In this document: piece by piece, positions 31,395 to 41,480 of the stretch
How positions within the stretch are numbered: the first letter of the stretch is position 1
How the letters are laid out: each line of letters opens with the position of its first letter
Translations under genes and position numbers: made by a program
NCBI GenBank assembly: GCA_017509985.1
Contig: JAFWOE010000004.1
Span: forward strand, 63,100 to 127,099
Length of the DNA: 64,000 bases
Reading direction: 5' to 3'
Source: Lachnospiraceae bacterium
GTDB lineage: Bacteria > Bacillota > Clostridia > Lachnospirales > Lachnospiraceae
The notes under the pieces: generated by a model
What the model was told of the DNA's origin: nothing
The model's database searches: none
What the model saw: only the letters and a program-made list of their open reading frames with translations

Positions 31395-32606
31395 ATGGGA
31401 CTTATTTCAGCAGCTCTCGGAGCATTAGGCGGATCGCTGGCGGATCAGTGGAAAGAATTCTTTTATTGTGAAGCTCTCAGCAGCGATGTATTGGTTAAAA
31501 AAGGCCAGCACGTTATCGGTTCGCGGTCCTCAAACAAGAGGGGAAGCGATAACATAATCACCAACGGAAGCGGCATCGTCGTAGCGGACGGCCAGTGCAT
31601 GATCATCGTTGACAATGGCAAAGTCGTTGAAGTCTGCGCGGAGCCGGGTGAATTTACTTATGATACCTCAACAGAGCCGAGCATCTTCTACGGCGGACTC
31701 GGAAAAGGCATCCTGGATACCTTCAAACTTATCGGAAAACGTATCACTTACGGCGGCGACACCGGTCATGATCAGAGAATTTACTACTTCAATACAAAGG
31801 AACTGATCGACAATAAATTCGGAACAGCCAATCCGATCATGTTCCGTATCGTCGACAGCAAGATCGGCCTTGACATCGATTCTTCGATCCGCTGCAGCGG
31901 CGTATATTCCTATAAGATCACAGACCCGCTTCTTTTCTATACAAATGTATGCGGCAATGTTACATCCGAATATACAAGATCCATGATCGACGGACAGTTA
32001 AAGACCGAGTTCGTAAGTGCTCTCCAGCCGGCAATGGCGAAGCTTTCCGAGCTTCAGCTTCGTCCGAACGAGATTCCCGCACATGCAGAGGATCTCGCGG
32101 CAGCAATGAACGAAGCCCTTACGGAGAAGTGGTCAGAGCTCCGCGGACTTACGGTAGTATCCGTAGCGCTTAACCCGATCACCATTCCGGAAGAGGATCA
32201 GGAACTGATCAAGCAGGCTCAGAGAGCGGCAATGCTCAAGGATCCGACAATGGCAGCCGCAACGCTTGCAGGCGCTCAGGCAGACGCCATGAAAGCAGCC
32301 GCTTCCAATCCGAACGGTGCAGTAGCCGGATTTATGGGTGTAGGCATGGCCCAGGGCATCGGCGGCACGAATGCGCAGAGCCTCTATAATATCGGACAGC
32401 AGCAGGCCGCAGCAGCGGCTCCCGCAGCGGCAGCAGTCGGAGCGGCAGCAGTCGGCGGCTGGACCTGTGAGTGCGGCACAGCCAACAGCGGCAATTTCTG
32501 CACGAACTGCGGCAAGCCGAAACCGCAGCCGGCAGGCTGGACCTGCGAGTGCGGCACAGCCAACAGCGGCAATTTCTGCACGAACTGCGGCAAGCCGAGA
32601 CCGTAA
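31395..32606 (+). CDS. SPFH/Band-7 (Band_7_1, YdjI-like) protein with two C-terminal zinc ribbons
   Basis: The N-terminus (…WKEFFYCEALSSDVLV…GSRSSNKRGS…) resembles the B. subtilis YdjI family. Ala/Gln-rich linker, then 2x GWTCECGTANSGNFCTNCGKP zinc-ribbon modules. AAGGAGA RBS. Confidence 0.75.
   Translation: MGLISAALGALGGSLADQWKEFFYCEALSSDVLVKKGQHVIGSRSSNKRGSDNIITNGSGIVVADGQCMIIVDNGKVVEVCAEPGEFTYDTSTEPSIFYGGLGKGILDTFKLIGKRITYGGDTGHDQRIYYFNTKELIDNKFGTANPIMFRIVDSKIGLDIDSSIRCSGVYSYKITDPLLFYTNVCGNVTSEYTRSMIDGQLKTEFVSALQPAMAKLSELQLRPNEIPAHAEDLAAAMNEALTEKWSELRGLTVVSVALNPITIPEEDQELIKQAQRAAMLKDPTMAAATLAGAQADAMKAAASNPNGAVAGFMGVGMAQGIGGTNAQSLYNIGQQQAAAAAPAAAAVGAAAVGGWTCECGTANSGNFCTNCGKPKPQPAGWTCECGTANSGNFCTNCGKPRP
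32457..32598 (+). repeat. Near-perfect 78-bp-period tandem duplication (2 x 64-bp identical cores) encoding duplicated zinc ribbons
   Basis: Copy 1 at 32457-32520 and copy 2 at 32535-32598 differ at a single base (t/c). The duplication is in-frame. Confidence 0.9.
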
Positions 32607-32785
32607 AAGGAACTTCCAAGAGGTTGACACATAAAACTGGCCGCGGACCGGAAACGCCGGGCTCCGAACCGTTTTGTGTGCCGGCCTCTTTTGCTTTTAT
32701 AAGTGAATCCGCAAAGAGGAGCGGTTTGATAGGCTTTGCGGAGAATTATAGCGCAGTCAGAGTACAGTAAGCAGGAGACTGAATA

Positions 32786-33874
32786 ATGGCAGAAATGATT
32801 CAATACAAATGTCCGAACTGCGGCGGCGCCATCGGATATGACGCGACAGTTCAGAAAATGAAGTGCCCGTATTGCGATACCGAGTTCGATATGGAGACCC
32901 TGAAAGAGCTGGATGAGGAGCTGAACAATATCCAGCCCGATGAGATGCAGTGGGAAAACAAGCCGGATGCGGAATGGACAGAGGCTGAAACAGAAAACAT
33001 GAACGTTTACGTCTGCCAGTCCTGCGGCGGAGAAGTCATCGGCGACAATACGCTGGCGGCAACATCCTGTCCGTACTGCGGCAATCCTGTTGTAATGAAG
33101 GGCAAGTTTGCCGGGGATCTGAAGCCGGACGTAGTCATTCCGTTCAAAAAGACAAAAGAAGACGCGAAACAGGCGTATCTTCACCATCTGGAAGGCAAAA
33201 AACTTCTGCCGAAGGTCTTCAAAGAGCAGAACCATATCGACGAGATCAAGGGAATGTATGTTCCGGTATGGCTCTTTAATTCCGATGTGGATGCGGATAT
33301 CAATTACAATGCGACAAAAGTCCGTACATGGGAAGACGCCAACTACCGCTATCAGGAAACCACGTACTACAAACTCCTGCGTTCCGGCGGACTGGGATTT
33401 GACAATATCCCCGTGGACGGCTCCGCAAAAATGCCCAACGAACTGATAGAGTCCGTTGAACCGTTCAATGCATCGGAAGCGGTCGATTTCCAGACAGCCT
33501 ATCTGGCGGGATATCTTGCGGACCGGTATGACGTAAAATCCGAAGACAGTGAAGGCCGTGCGAACGAACGGATCAGGAAAAGCACCGAAATGGCCTTTGA
33601 AAAGACGGTAGGCGGGTATACTTCCTACGACATCGCCGAGCAGTCGATCCGGCTGCTGAACGGCAGCTATCGTTACGCCCTGTATCCGGTCTGGATCTTA
33701 AGCACGACCTGGAACAACGAGAGCTTTACCTTTATCATGAACGGTCAGACCGGCAAAATGGCCGGAGACCTGCCGATGGATAAGAGCAAACTGGCGATCT
33801 GGTTCGGCGGAACGGCTGTGATCACCGCCGTTATCGTATTCCTTATCATCTGTCTCATTAACGGTGTCTTTTAA
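32786..33874 (+). CDS. Double zinc-ribbon membrane protein (YdjG-like)
   Basis: Two CxxC…CxxC ribbons in the N-terminal 110 aa (CPNCGG…CPYCD; CQSCGG…CPYCGN). Large soluble domain, single C-terminal TM helix. Co-transcribed with the SPFH gene. Confidence 0.7.
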   Translation: MAEMIQYKCPNCGGAIGYDATVQKMKCPYCDTEFDMETLKELDEELNNIQPDEMQWENKPDAEWTEAETENMNVYVCQSCGGEVIGDNTLAATSCPYCGNPVVMKGKFAGDLKPDVVIPFKKTKEDAKQAYLHHLEGKKLLPKVFKEQNHIDEIKGMYVPVWLFNSDVDADINYNATKVRTWEDANYRYQETTYYKLLRSGGLGFDNIPVDGSAKMPNELIESVEPFNASEAVDFQTAYLAGYLADRYDVKSEDSEGRANERIRKSTEMAFEKTVGGYTSYDIAEQSIRLLNGSYRYALYPVWILSTTWNNESFTFIMNGQTGKMAGDLPMDKSKLAIWFGGTAVITAVIVFLIICLINGVF

Positions 33875-33885
33875 GGAGGAGAAAA

Positions 33886-34125
33886 ATGATACAGCCTTCA
33901 TGGATAATAATTGCGATCATTGTCGGGCTTCTCGTTGCCCTTATTGTCACCGGAATCATGAGAGCCAGCCTGAAATCCGTAGGAAAGCAGTATTCTGCCG
34001 ATTTTTACGAAAAAGAACAGGGCCTGACACTGACTAAAAACAAAGACATTTATCTTTACCGAAAGGTAGACAGGATCCCGAAGCCGAAAGAGCAGCCAAG
34101 GCAGAACAACGCCGCGAGAAGGTAG
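33886..34125 (+). CDS. Small membrane protein (one N-terminal TM helix, basic C-tail)
   Basis: 79-aa ORF with GGAGGAG RBS immediately after the preceding gene. Hydrophobic N-terminus. Confidence 0.5.
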   Translation: MIQPSWIIIAIIVGLLVALIVTGIMRASLKSVGKQYSADFYEKEQGLTLTKNKDIYLYRKVDRIPKPKEQPRQNNAARR

Positions 34126-34147
34126 GGACCCGGAAACATCCTGAGCG

Positions 34148-35113
34148 ATGAATTATATAGTATTTGACCTTGAATGGAACCAGTGTCCGTACGGCAAGGA
34201 GCGCGAATGCGCTTCTTTGCCGTTTGAAATAATTGAAATCGGTGCAGTGAAGCTGAACCAGAACATGGAGGTGGAAGACCGCTTTTACCGGGTCATCAAG
34301 CCTTCTGTTTATCATACACTCCATTTCCGTACAAAAAGGATCGTCGGACTGAGTACGGAGGATCTGAAAAAAGGAGATCCTTTCCCGGAAGCAGTCCGGG
34401 CGTTTTTTGCCTGGGCAGGACCGGATGCGATCTTCTGCACCTGGGGAGGAATGGACCTGGTTGAACTTCAGCGCAATATGGAGTATTATAAAATACTCTA
34501 TCAGCTGAAAGGGCCGCTGCATTTCCTGGATGTGCAGAAACTCTACGCGATCCAGCATGAAACCATGGAGAAACGCCGCGCTCTGGAATATGCCGTGGAA
34601 AAACTGGGGCTGGAAAAAGAAGCTGTTTTTCACAATGCCCTGGCCGATGCGGACTATACGGCACAGATCCTGCAGACGATCGAGCAGCCGGTCATCATGA
34701 CCTATGACTCGATCGACATGTATCAGTGTCCCCAGAGAAAAGAAGACGAGATTTACGCCGTTTACAACGGACATACAAAATATATATCGAGAGAATTTGA
34801 AAGCAAGGAAGCCGCAATGCAGGACCCGGAAGTCCGAAGTGTCCGCTGCTGCATCTGCGGAAGGAAATGCCGGCAGAAGCTGAGATGGTTCTCAGTCAGT
34901 GCACGGAACTATTATTGTGCGGCCGTATGCCCGGAACACGGATATCTGAAAGGTACTATCCGTATGCTGCATACTTCCGGGAACGGCTTTTTTGTAATGA
35001 AAAAAATCAAAGTTACTTCGGAACAGGAAGCAGACCTGCTTTCGGAAAAAAAGAGATCCGTCCGGAGAAGAAGAAACCGACGTATTCAAGGAGAAGCCAA
35101 TGAAGCTATCTGA
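34148..35113 (+). CDS. DEDDh-family 3'-5' exonuclease (DnaQ-like) with C-terminal Cys-rich zinc-finger tail
   Basis: [12 protein letters not shown]… exo-I motif. Further acidic motifs. C-terminal CCICGRKC…C…CPEH cluster and basic tail. The 3' end overlaps secA by 14 nt. Confidence 0.7.
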   Translation: MNYIVFDLEWNQCPYGKERECASLPFEIIEIGAVKLNQNMEVEDRFYRVIKPSVYHTLHFRTKRIVGLSTEDLKKGDPFPEAVRAFFAWAGPDAIFCTWGGMDLVELQRNMEYYKILYQLKGPLHFLDVQKLYAIQHETMEKRRALEYAVEKLGLEKEAVFHNALADADYTAQILQTIEQPVIMTYDSIDMYQCPQRKEDEIYAVYNGHTKYISREFESKEAAMQDPEVRSVRCCICGRKCRQKLRWFSVSARNYYCAAVCPEHGYLKGTIRMLHTSGNGFFVMKKIKVTSEQEADLLSEKKRSVRRRRNRRIQGEANEAI

Positions 35114-37670
35114 AAGACTATTCGGCACGCACAGTGACCGGGAACTGAAAAGGATCTATCCCATCGTAGATAAGATCGAAGCGCTGCGGCCGCAGATGAT
35201 GGCCGCATCCGACGGGGAACTCAAAAACAAGACAAAAGAGTTCCGGGAAAGACTGGCGAACGGAGAGACGCTGGACGATATTCTCGTTGAAGCCTTTGCT
35301 GCCGTACGGGAGTCGGCAAGGCGTACCCTCGGAATGGAACACTACCGGGTACAGCTTATCGGCGGCGTAGTTCTTCATCAGGGCCGTATTGCCGAGATGA
35401 AGACCGGTGAAGGAAAGACGCTGGTTTCCACACTTCCGGCCTATCTGAACGCACTGACGGGCCGAGGGGTCCATATCGTAACGGTCAATGATTATCTGGC
35501 AAACCGTGACTCGGAATGGATGAAGCCGGTGCACGAGTTCCTGGGCCTGACCGTGGGATGCGTCCTGAACAGCATGACGCCGGAGGAACGCCGTGCAGCG
35601 TACAACTGTGATATTACATACATCACAAACAACGAAGACGGTTTCGATTATCTTCGTGACAATATGGTCATCTATAAGGAACAGCTGGTTCAGAGAGAGC
35701 TGGCCTACGCGATCATCGACGAGGTCGACTCGGTCCTGATCGACGAAGCAAGGACGCCTCTGATCATATCCGGACAGAGCGGAAAGTCCACCAAGCTTTA
35801 CGAGACCTGCGATATTCTGGCGCGTCAGTTAAAACGCGGCACAGCTTCCGGAGAACTGACGAAGATGTCCGCCATCATGGGCGAGGAGATCATCGAGACC
35901 GGAGATTTTATCGTCAACGAAAAAGACAAGGTCGTTACCCTTACCGAAGAAGGCGTTAAGCGTGTCGAACAGTTTTTCCACATCGACAACCTTTCCGATG
36001 CCGACAATCTGGACATCCAGCATCATGTCAATCTGGCGCTGCGTGCCCACAACCTGATGTTCCGTGACCAGGATTACGTGGTGAAAGACGAACAGGTACT
36101 GATCGTCGATGAATTTACCGGCCGTATCATGCCGGGCCGCCGTTATTCCGACGGCCTGCATCAGGCGATCGAAGCGAAAGAGAAGGTCAACGTCCGCAGG
36201 GAGAGCAAGACACTTGCGACGATCACCTTCCAGAACTTCTTCAACAAGTATGAAAAAAAGGCCGGCATGACCGGTACAGCCCTTACGGAAGAACAGGAAT
36301 TCCGTGACATCTACGGAATGGACGTAGTCGAGATCCCGACCAACATCCCGGTGCAGAGGAAGGATCTGACGGATGTGGTCTATATGACCAAAAAGGAAAA
36401 ATACCGCGCGGTCGTACGGGCGATCGTAGAAGCGTATAAGACCCGGCAGCCTGTCCTCGTAGGCACGATCACCATCGAGACTTCGGAACTGATCAGCCGG
36501 ATGCTTAATAAGGAAGGCGTCCCGCATCAGGTCCTGAACGCGAAGTTCCATGAAATGGAAGCGGAGATCGTCTCCCATGCAGGCGAAGCCGGAAGCGTAA
36601 CCATTGCGACCAATATGGCCGGCCGTGGTACCGATATCAAGTTGGATGAGGAAGCCCGAAGCCTCGGCGGCCTGAAGATCATCGGTACGGAACGCCACGA
36701 GGCACGGCGTATCGACAACCAGCTGCGAGGCCGTTCCGGACGACAGGGCGACCCCGGCGAATCCAGGTTCTATATTTCCCTGGAAGACGACCTGATGCGC
36801 CTGTTCGGTTCGGAGCGCCTTATGAACATGTTCCGCGCGATGAGGATCCCGGAAGACGAACCGATCGAACATAAGATGCTCAGCACCGCGATCCAGAGAG
36901 CACAGGAAAAGATCGAGAGCAACAACTACGGTATCCGTAAAAACCTGCTGGATTACGATACCGTCAATAATGAGCAGAGAGAGATCATCTATAAAGAGCG
37001 CCGCAGAGTGCTTGACGGCGAGAACATGCGTGATTCCGTTATGAAGATGATTTGCGACAGTGTCGACGATATCGTAGACCTGAGCATCTCAGATGACGTT
37101 GGTCCGGAGGAATGGGACCTTGTCGAGCTGAACCGGATCCTGCTTCCGGTCATTCCGCTGAATCCGGTTACGCTGGAATACGCCCAGGGCCTGCAGAAAG
37201 ATGAGCTGAAGCAGAAGCTCAAAGCGGATGCAGTCCGGCTGTATGAGGCAAAAGAACACGAATTCCCGAGCGAGGAACAGATCCGCGAACTGGAGCGTAT
37301 CGTGCTTCTGAAAGTCATCGACCAGAAGTGGATGGACCACATCGACGATATGGAGCAGCTGCGTGAGGGCATCGGCCTGATGGCTTACGGCCAGCGTGAT
37401 CCGAAAGTCGAATACAAGATGACAGCCTACGACATGTTCAATGAGATGACGAGCGCGATCCAGCAGGATACGATCCGGCTGATGTACCACGTAAAGATCG
37501 AGCAGAAGGTCGAAAGAGAACAGGTCGCCAAGGCGACCGGAACAAATAAGGACGATTCCGGTCCGAGAAAACCGAAGACAAGGACCGAAAAAAAGGTCTA
37601 TCCCAACGATCCGTGCCCCTGCGGCAGCGGAAAGAAATACAAGCAGTGCTGCGGAAGAAAACCCGCCTGA
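35100..37670 (+). CDS. secA: Preprotein translocase ATPase SecA
   Basis: 856 aa. DEAD-like motor motifs ([12 protein letters not shown]). C-terminal zinc-binding [14 protein letters not shown]. Confidence 0.97.
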   Translation: MKLSERLFGTHSDRELKRIYPIVDKIEALRPQMMAASDGELKNKTKEFRERLANGETLDDILVEAFAAVRESARRTLGMEHYRVQLIGGVVLHQGRIAEMKTGEGKTLVSTLPAYLNALTGRGVHIVTVNDYLANRDSEWMKPVHEFLGLTVGCVLNSMTPEERRAAYNCDITYITNNEDGFDYLRDNMVIYKEQLVQRELAYAIIDEVDSVLIDEARTPLIISGQSGKSTKLYETCDILARQLKRGTASGELTKMSAIMGEEIIETGDFIVNEKDKVVTLTEEGVKRVEQFFHIDNLSDADNLDIQHHVNLALRAHNLMFRDQDYVVKDEQVLIVDEFTGRIMPGRRYSDGLHQAIEAKEKVNVRRESKTLATITFQNFFNKYEKKAGMTGTALTEEQEFRDIYGMDVVEIPTNIPVQRKDLTDVVYMTKKEKYRAVVRAIVEAYKTRQPVLVGTITIETSELISRMLNKEGVPHQVLNAKFHEMEAEIVSHAGEAGSVTIATNMAGRGTDIKLDEEARSLGGLKIIGTERHEARRIDNQLRGRSGRQGDPGESRFYISLEDDLMRLFGSERLMNMFRAMRIPEDEPIEHKMLSTAIQRAQEKIESNNYGIRKNLLDYDTVNNEQREIIYKERRRVLDGENMRDSVMKMICDSVDDIVDLSISDDVGPEEWDLVELNRILLPVIPLNPVTLEYAQGLQKDELKQKLKADAVRLYEAKEHEFPSEEQIRELERIVLLKVIDQKWMDHIDDMEQLREGIGLMAYGQRDPKVEYKMTAYDMFNEMTSAIQQDTIRLMYHVKIEQKVEREQVAKATGTNKDDSGPRKPKTRTEKKVYPNDPCPCGSGKKYKQCCGRKPA

Positions 37671-37697
37671 TTATTTAGAAAAAGAGAGAGAAGACAC

Positions 37698-38813
37698 TTG
37701 GTAGAATTAGATGCTTTTAAAACGGAACTGAATACATATGACGGCCCTCTTCAGGAGGTTCATGATTCCCTGGACCTGGCAGCTAAAGAAGCCCGGATCG
37801 AGGAACTGGAACGGAAGATGGAGGAGCCGAATTTCTGGGATGTGCCCGAAAAGGCGCAGGAACAGGTCAAGGAGCTCGGTAGTCTGAAAGACGACAGGGA
37901 TACCTACAACAAGCTTGTATCGGATAAGGAAGATATCGAAACCCTGATCGAGATGGGATACGAAGAAGCCGATCCTTCCCTGATCCCGGAGATCCGGGAG
38001 ATGCTGGACGAGTTCGAATCCTCCTTTGAAAGGATCCGGATCAAGACCCTTCTTTCGGGAGAGTACGACCGGTGCAACGCGATCATCAAGCTGAACGCGG
38101 GAGCCGGCGGAACCGAGGCGATGGACTGGTGCGGCATGCTTTACCGCATGTACCTGCGCTGGGCGGACAAGAAAGGCTACGCTGTCGAAGAACTGGATTT
38201 TCTGGAGGGCGACGAAGCGGGCGTGAAGTCCGTGACCTTCCAGGTGAACGGGGAAAATGCCTACGGATATCTGAAATCCGAGAAGGGCGTGCACCGTCTT
38301 GTACGGATCTCCCCTTTCAACGCCAACGGAAAGAGGCAGACTTCTTTTGTATCCTGCGATGTCATGCCGGATATAGAAGATGATATCGATATCGAGGTAA
38401 AGGATGAAGATATCCGCATTGATACATATCGTTCCAGCGGCGCCGGCGGACAGCATATCAACAAGACATCCTCCGCGATAAGGATCACGCATCTGGCTAC
38501 AGGTATAGTCGTCACCTGCCAGAACGAACGTTCCCAGTTCCAGAATAAGGACAAGGCGATGCAGATGCTGAAAGCCAAACTGTTCATCCTTGCGCAGGAA
38601 GAACAGGCGGCCAAGCTTTCGGGCATCCGGGGGGAAGTTACGGATATAGCCTGGGGACATCAGATCCGTTCGTATGTAATGCAGCCCTATCAGCTGGTAA
38701 AGGATCTGCGGACAAATGAGGAAAAAGCGCAGGTGGACGCAGTCATGGATGGCGATATCGACTGCTTCATCAACGCATATCTCAAGTGGATCGCCCTGGG
38801 GAATAAAGCGTAA
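37698..38813 (+). CDS. prfB: Peptide chain release factor 2 (single ORF, no programmed frameshift)
   Basis: 371 aa. SPF and GGQ motifs. TTG start with AG-rich RBS. No CTT-TGA frameshift site is present. Confidence 0.9.
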   Translation: MVELDAFKTELNTYDGPLQEVHDSLDLAAKEARIEELERKMEEPNFWDVPEKAQEQVKELGSLKDDRDTYNKLVSDKEDIETLIEMGYEEADPSLIPEIREMLDEFESSFERIRIKTLLSGEYDRCNAIIKLNAGAGGTEAMDWCGMLYRMYLRWADKKGYAVEELDFLEGDEAGVKSVTFQVNGENAYGYLKSEKGVHRLVRISPFNANGKRQTSFVSCDVMPDIEDDIDIEVKDEDIRIDTYRSSGAGGQHINKTSSAIRITHLATGIVVTCQNERSQFQNKDKAMQMLKAKLFILAQEEQAAKLSGIRGEVTDIAWGHQIRSYVMQPYQLVKDLRTNEEKAQVDAVMDGDIDCFINAYLKWIALGNKA

Positions 38814-38837
38814 TTTAGTCAAATAATCAAATAAGAC

Positions 38838-38882
38838 CAGGGGACGGATCTGTGCCGGTGGCACAGATCCGTCCCCTGTTTA
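38838..38882. terminator. Bidirectional terminator between prfB and pyrB
   Basis: Perfect 18-bp inverted repeat caggggacggatctgtgcc-ggtg-ggcacagatccgtcccctg followed by TTTAAG. Confidence 0.75.
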
Positions 38883-38895
38883 AGATCTCTTGTCG

Positions 38896-40014
38896 TTATC
38901 CGATATACTCAATATCCGCAATATCTGCTGGCTTCATCATCAGCTTGGATTCGCAGTAGAGACAGCGGTAGATCTGATGTTCCTCGTTCACGAGCTTATA
39001 TACGTGTTCAAGTTCCTGCTCGGTCTGGGAGATGCATCTCTGATTCTTGCAGGGAATATCGCAGCGGATCATTTTGGGCCGGGCCTTTGCTTCCGGCTCT
39101 TTTTCGTTCAGCAGCTTCAGGATCAGGGCCTGGCGCATGTAACGGCCGTAGAGGGCCTGTTTGAAGTAGCAGGCTCTCGGGTCTTCATCCACCTTAATGC
39201 TGATTTCATTGACCCGGGGCAGCGGATGCAGGATGATCATGTCGTCTTTTGCATTCCCGAGTTTTTCCATATCCAGTATATAGCTGTCCTTGAGCCGGTC
39301 GTAATTCTCGGGAAATTCAAACCGCTCACGCTGGATGCGTGTCATATACAGGAGATCCAGCTTCGGCATGGAGCCGACCAGATCTTCGGTTTCCTCGTAG
39401 GGAATGTCGTATACTTCCAGGATCTCGCGTCTTACATAATCCGGGATCCCGAGCTCCTGCGGGGAAATGAGGATGAACTTCACTCCCGAATACCGTGAAA
39501 GGGCATTGATCAGTGAATGCACGGTGCGGCCGTAGCGCAGATCGCCGCAGATGCCTACCGTCAGGTCGTTGAAACGGCCTTTTTCCATCTTGATGGTCAT
39601 CAGGTCGGCAAGCGTCTGGGTTGGATGGTTATGGCCGCCGTCGCCGGCATTGATAAAGGGGATCAGGGATGCTTTTCCGGCAACATAGGAAGATCCTTCT
39701 TTCGGATTCCTCATGACGAAAATATCGGCGTAGCCGCTGATCACTCTTGCGGTATCGGATACGGATTCTCCTTTTGCCGAAGAGGATGAAGATTCATTCG
39801 GAACGGAGAGGACCGAGCCGCCCAGATGATACATTGCGGATTCAAAGCTCAGCCTTGTTCTTGTGGAAGGCTCGAAAAATACGGTTGCCAGCACTTTGCC
39901 TTCGCAGCACTTCGCGTATTTCTGCGGGTCCTTCATCATGTCTGATGCAACATCGATCAGGTCGTCCAGTTCTTTTACCGAAAGATCTACGATATCATTA
40001 ATACTGCGCGCCAT
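38896..40014 (-). CDS. pyrB: Aspartate carbamoyltransferase catalytic chain fused to a PyrI-type zinc-binding domain
   Basis: Residues 1-~305 are PyrB (STRTR, HPTQ, HPLP motifs). The C-terminal ~65 aa match the PyrI zinc domain (…RCDIPCKNQRCISQTEQ…YRCLYCESK…; compare E. coli PyrI VCPNSNCISHAE…KCKYCEKE). Confidence 0.85.
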   Translation of the reverse strand: MARSINDIVDLSVKELDDLIDVASDMMKDPQKYAKCCEGKVLATVFFEPSTRTRLSFESAMYHLGGSVLSVPNESSSSSAKGESVSDTARVISGYADIFVMRNPKEGSSYVAGKASLIPFINAGDGGHNHPTQTLADLMTIKMEKGRFNDLTVGICGDLRYGRTVHSLINALSRYSGVKFILISPQELGIPDYVRREILEVYDIPYEETEDLVGSMPKLDLLYMTRIQRERFEFPENYDRLKDSYILDMEKLGNAKDDMIILHPLPRVNEISIKVDEDPRACYFKQALYGRYMRQALILKLLNEKEPEAKARPKMIRCDIPCKNQRCISQTEQELEHVYKLVNEEHQIYRCLYCESKLMMKPADIADIEYIG

Positions 40015-40087
40015 TGTTTTTTCCTTTCAAAATAATCTACTGCACTGTCCGGGCAGAAGCCGGCAGTTTCAGGTCTGTTTCTGACAG

Positions 40088-40726
40088 TTATTTCCCGATC
40101 CAGCTTTCATCCGAAGGGTTGTCCCGGAAAGCGAGAAGCTTCTGAACATCCGAAGGGCTGATATAACCGTCGTCCGCAGCGATTTTGGCAATGCAGTCGA
40201 AGTTGGTCAGGGAGATGTTTTTGACATTTGCTTCCGCGAGGCGGTCCAGGCCTTTTTTCATGCCGTAGGTGAAGATGCTCACGATCCCCAGCACTTCTGC
40301 GCCGGCATCCCTTAAGACATTGACGACCTCGATCACGCTGCCGCCGGTAGAGATAAGGTCTTCTACGACAACGATTTTCTGGCCCGGCTCCAGCCGGCCC
40401 TCGATCTGGTTCTGACGGCCGTGATCCTTGGCGCCGGAGCGGACATAACCCATCGGCAGATCCAGTATATGCGCTGCGATCGCGGCATGGGCGATGCCGG
40501 CTGTGGATGTTCCCATAACCACCTGTGTTTCGGGGTATTCATGCCGGATCGTCTGAGCGATGGCATTTTCCACGTCGATACGGACGTCCGGCGCGGTGAG
40601 GATGAGCCGGTTGTCGCAGTAGACCGGGCTTTTAATGCCGCTGGCCCAGGTGAAAGGCTCGTTGGGCCTGAAAAAAACTGCTTTAATGGCTAACAGATCT
40701 TTTGCGATCAATTCCTGTGTACTCAT
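40088..40726 (-). CDS. pyrE: Orotate phosphoribosyltransferase
   Basis: PRPP-binding motif VVVEDLISTGGS. Start chosen at the internal ATG (MSTQEL…). Confidence 0.9.
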   Translation of the reverse strand: MSTQELIAKDLLAIKAVFFRPNEPFTWASGIKSPVYCDNRLILTAPDVRIDVENAIAQTIRHEYPETQVVMGTSTAGIAHAAIAAHILDLPMGYVRSGAKDHGRQNQIEGRLEPGQKIVVVEDLISTGGSVIEVVNVLRDAGAEVLGIVSIFTYGMKKGLDRLAEANVKNISLTNFDCIAKIAADDGYISPSDVQKLLAFRDNPSDESWIGK

Positions 40727-40754
40727 AATGTTCTTCTCCGATTGTTTTCTTAAC

Positions 40755-41453
40755 TCAGTCTGCAAATTCCCTGACACAGCGTTCATACGCGGCAGCGGGA
40801 TCGGCCGCAGCGGTGATCGAACGCCCAACAACGATATAATCTGCTCCGACTTCTTTTGCGGCAGCCGGCGTCATGATCCTTTTCTGGTCTCCGGCTGCGT
40901 CGTCTGCAAAACGGATGCCCGGCGTTACCGTTAAGAAGTCCTCTCCGCAGACTTCATGCACGATCCCTGCTTCCTGTGCGGAGCAGACGACTCCGTCCAG
41001 TCCGCATTCCTTTGCGTTTTTCGCGTAATGCAGCACGACCTGGTCGATCGGTTCATGAATGAGCAGATCTTTTTCCAGCGCCTCCTGATCCGTGCTGGTA
41101 AGCTGTGTTACCGCGATGAGCAGCGGACGGGTACCGTCGGGCCTTGTGAGACCTTCCAGTGCCGCTTTCATCATGGCTTTTGTGCCGGAAGCGTGCAGGT
41201 TGCAGATATCCACGTCCAGGCCGGAAAGGACCGCCATGGATTTTTTGACGGTGTTCGGAATATCATGCAGCTTCAGGTCCAGGAAGATTTTGTGGCCTCG
41301 TGCCTTGATCTCTTTAATGATCGAAGGGCCTTCCGCATAGAAAAGCTCCATTCCGATCTTTACGAACGGTTTTTTGCCCGGAAACCGGTCCAGAAAATCA
41401 AAAGTCTCTTTAGCGCCGGCAAAATCGCAGGCAATGATTACGTCTTTTCCCAT
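40755..41453 (-). CDS. pyrF: Orotidine-5'-phosphate decarboxylase
   Basis: 232 aa. DLKLHDIPNT catalytic motif. Confidence 0.9.
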   Translation of the reverse strand: MGKDVIIACDFAGAKETFDFLDRFPGKKPFVKIGMELFYAEGPSIIKEIKARGHKIFLDLKLHDIPNTVKKSMAVLSGLDVDICNLHASGTKAMMKAALEGLTRPDGTRPLLIAVTQLTSTDQEALEKDLLIHEPIDQVVLHYAKNAKECGLDGVVCSAQEAGIVHEVCGEDFLTVTPGIRFADDAAGDQKRIMTPAAAKEVGADYIVVGRSITAAADPAAAYERCVREFAD

Positions 41454-41480
41454 GATCGTTTTCTCCTGTTTCTGCGGGGA

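Noticed and set aside
32371-33235. Minus-strand ORFs (283 aa, 165 aa) across the zinc-ribbon repeat
   Set aside because: Antisense to the SPFH and YdjG-like genes. Their repetitiveness simply mirrors the tandem duplication.
35829-36872. 347-aa minus-strand ORF
   Set aside because: Antisense to secA. Spurious.
37698-37780. Possible programmed frameshift in prfB making it look like a pseudogene or short N-terminus
   Set aside because: The whole RF2 is in one frame from a TTG start. There is no CTT-TGA motif, so this is the normal frameshift-less form.
37707-38864. 385-aa minus-strand ORF
   Set aside because: Antisense to prfB. Spurious.
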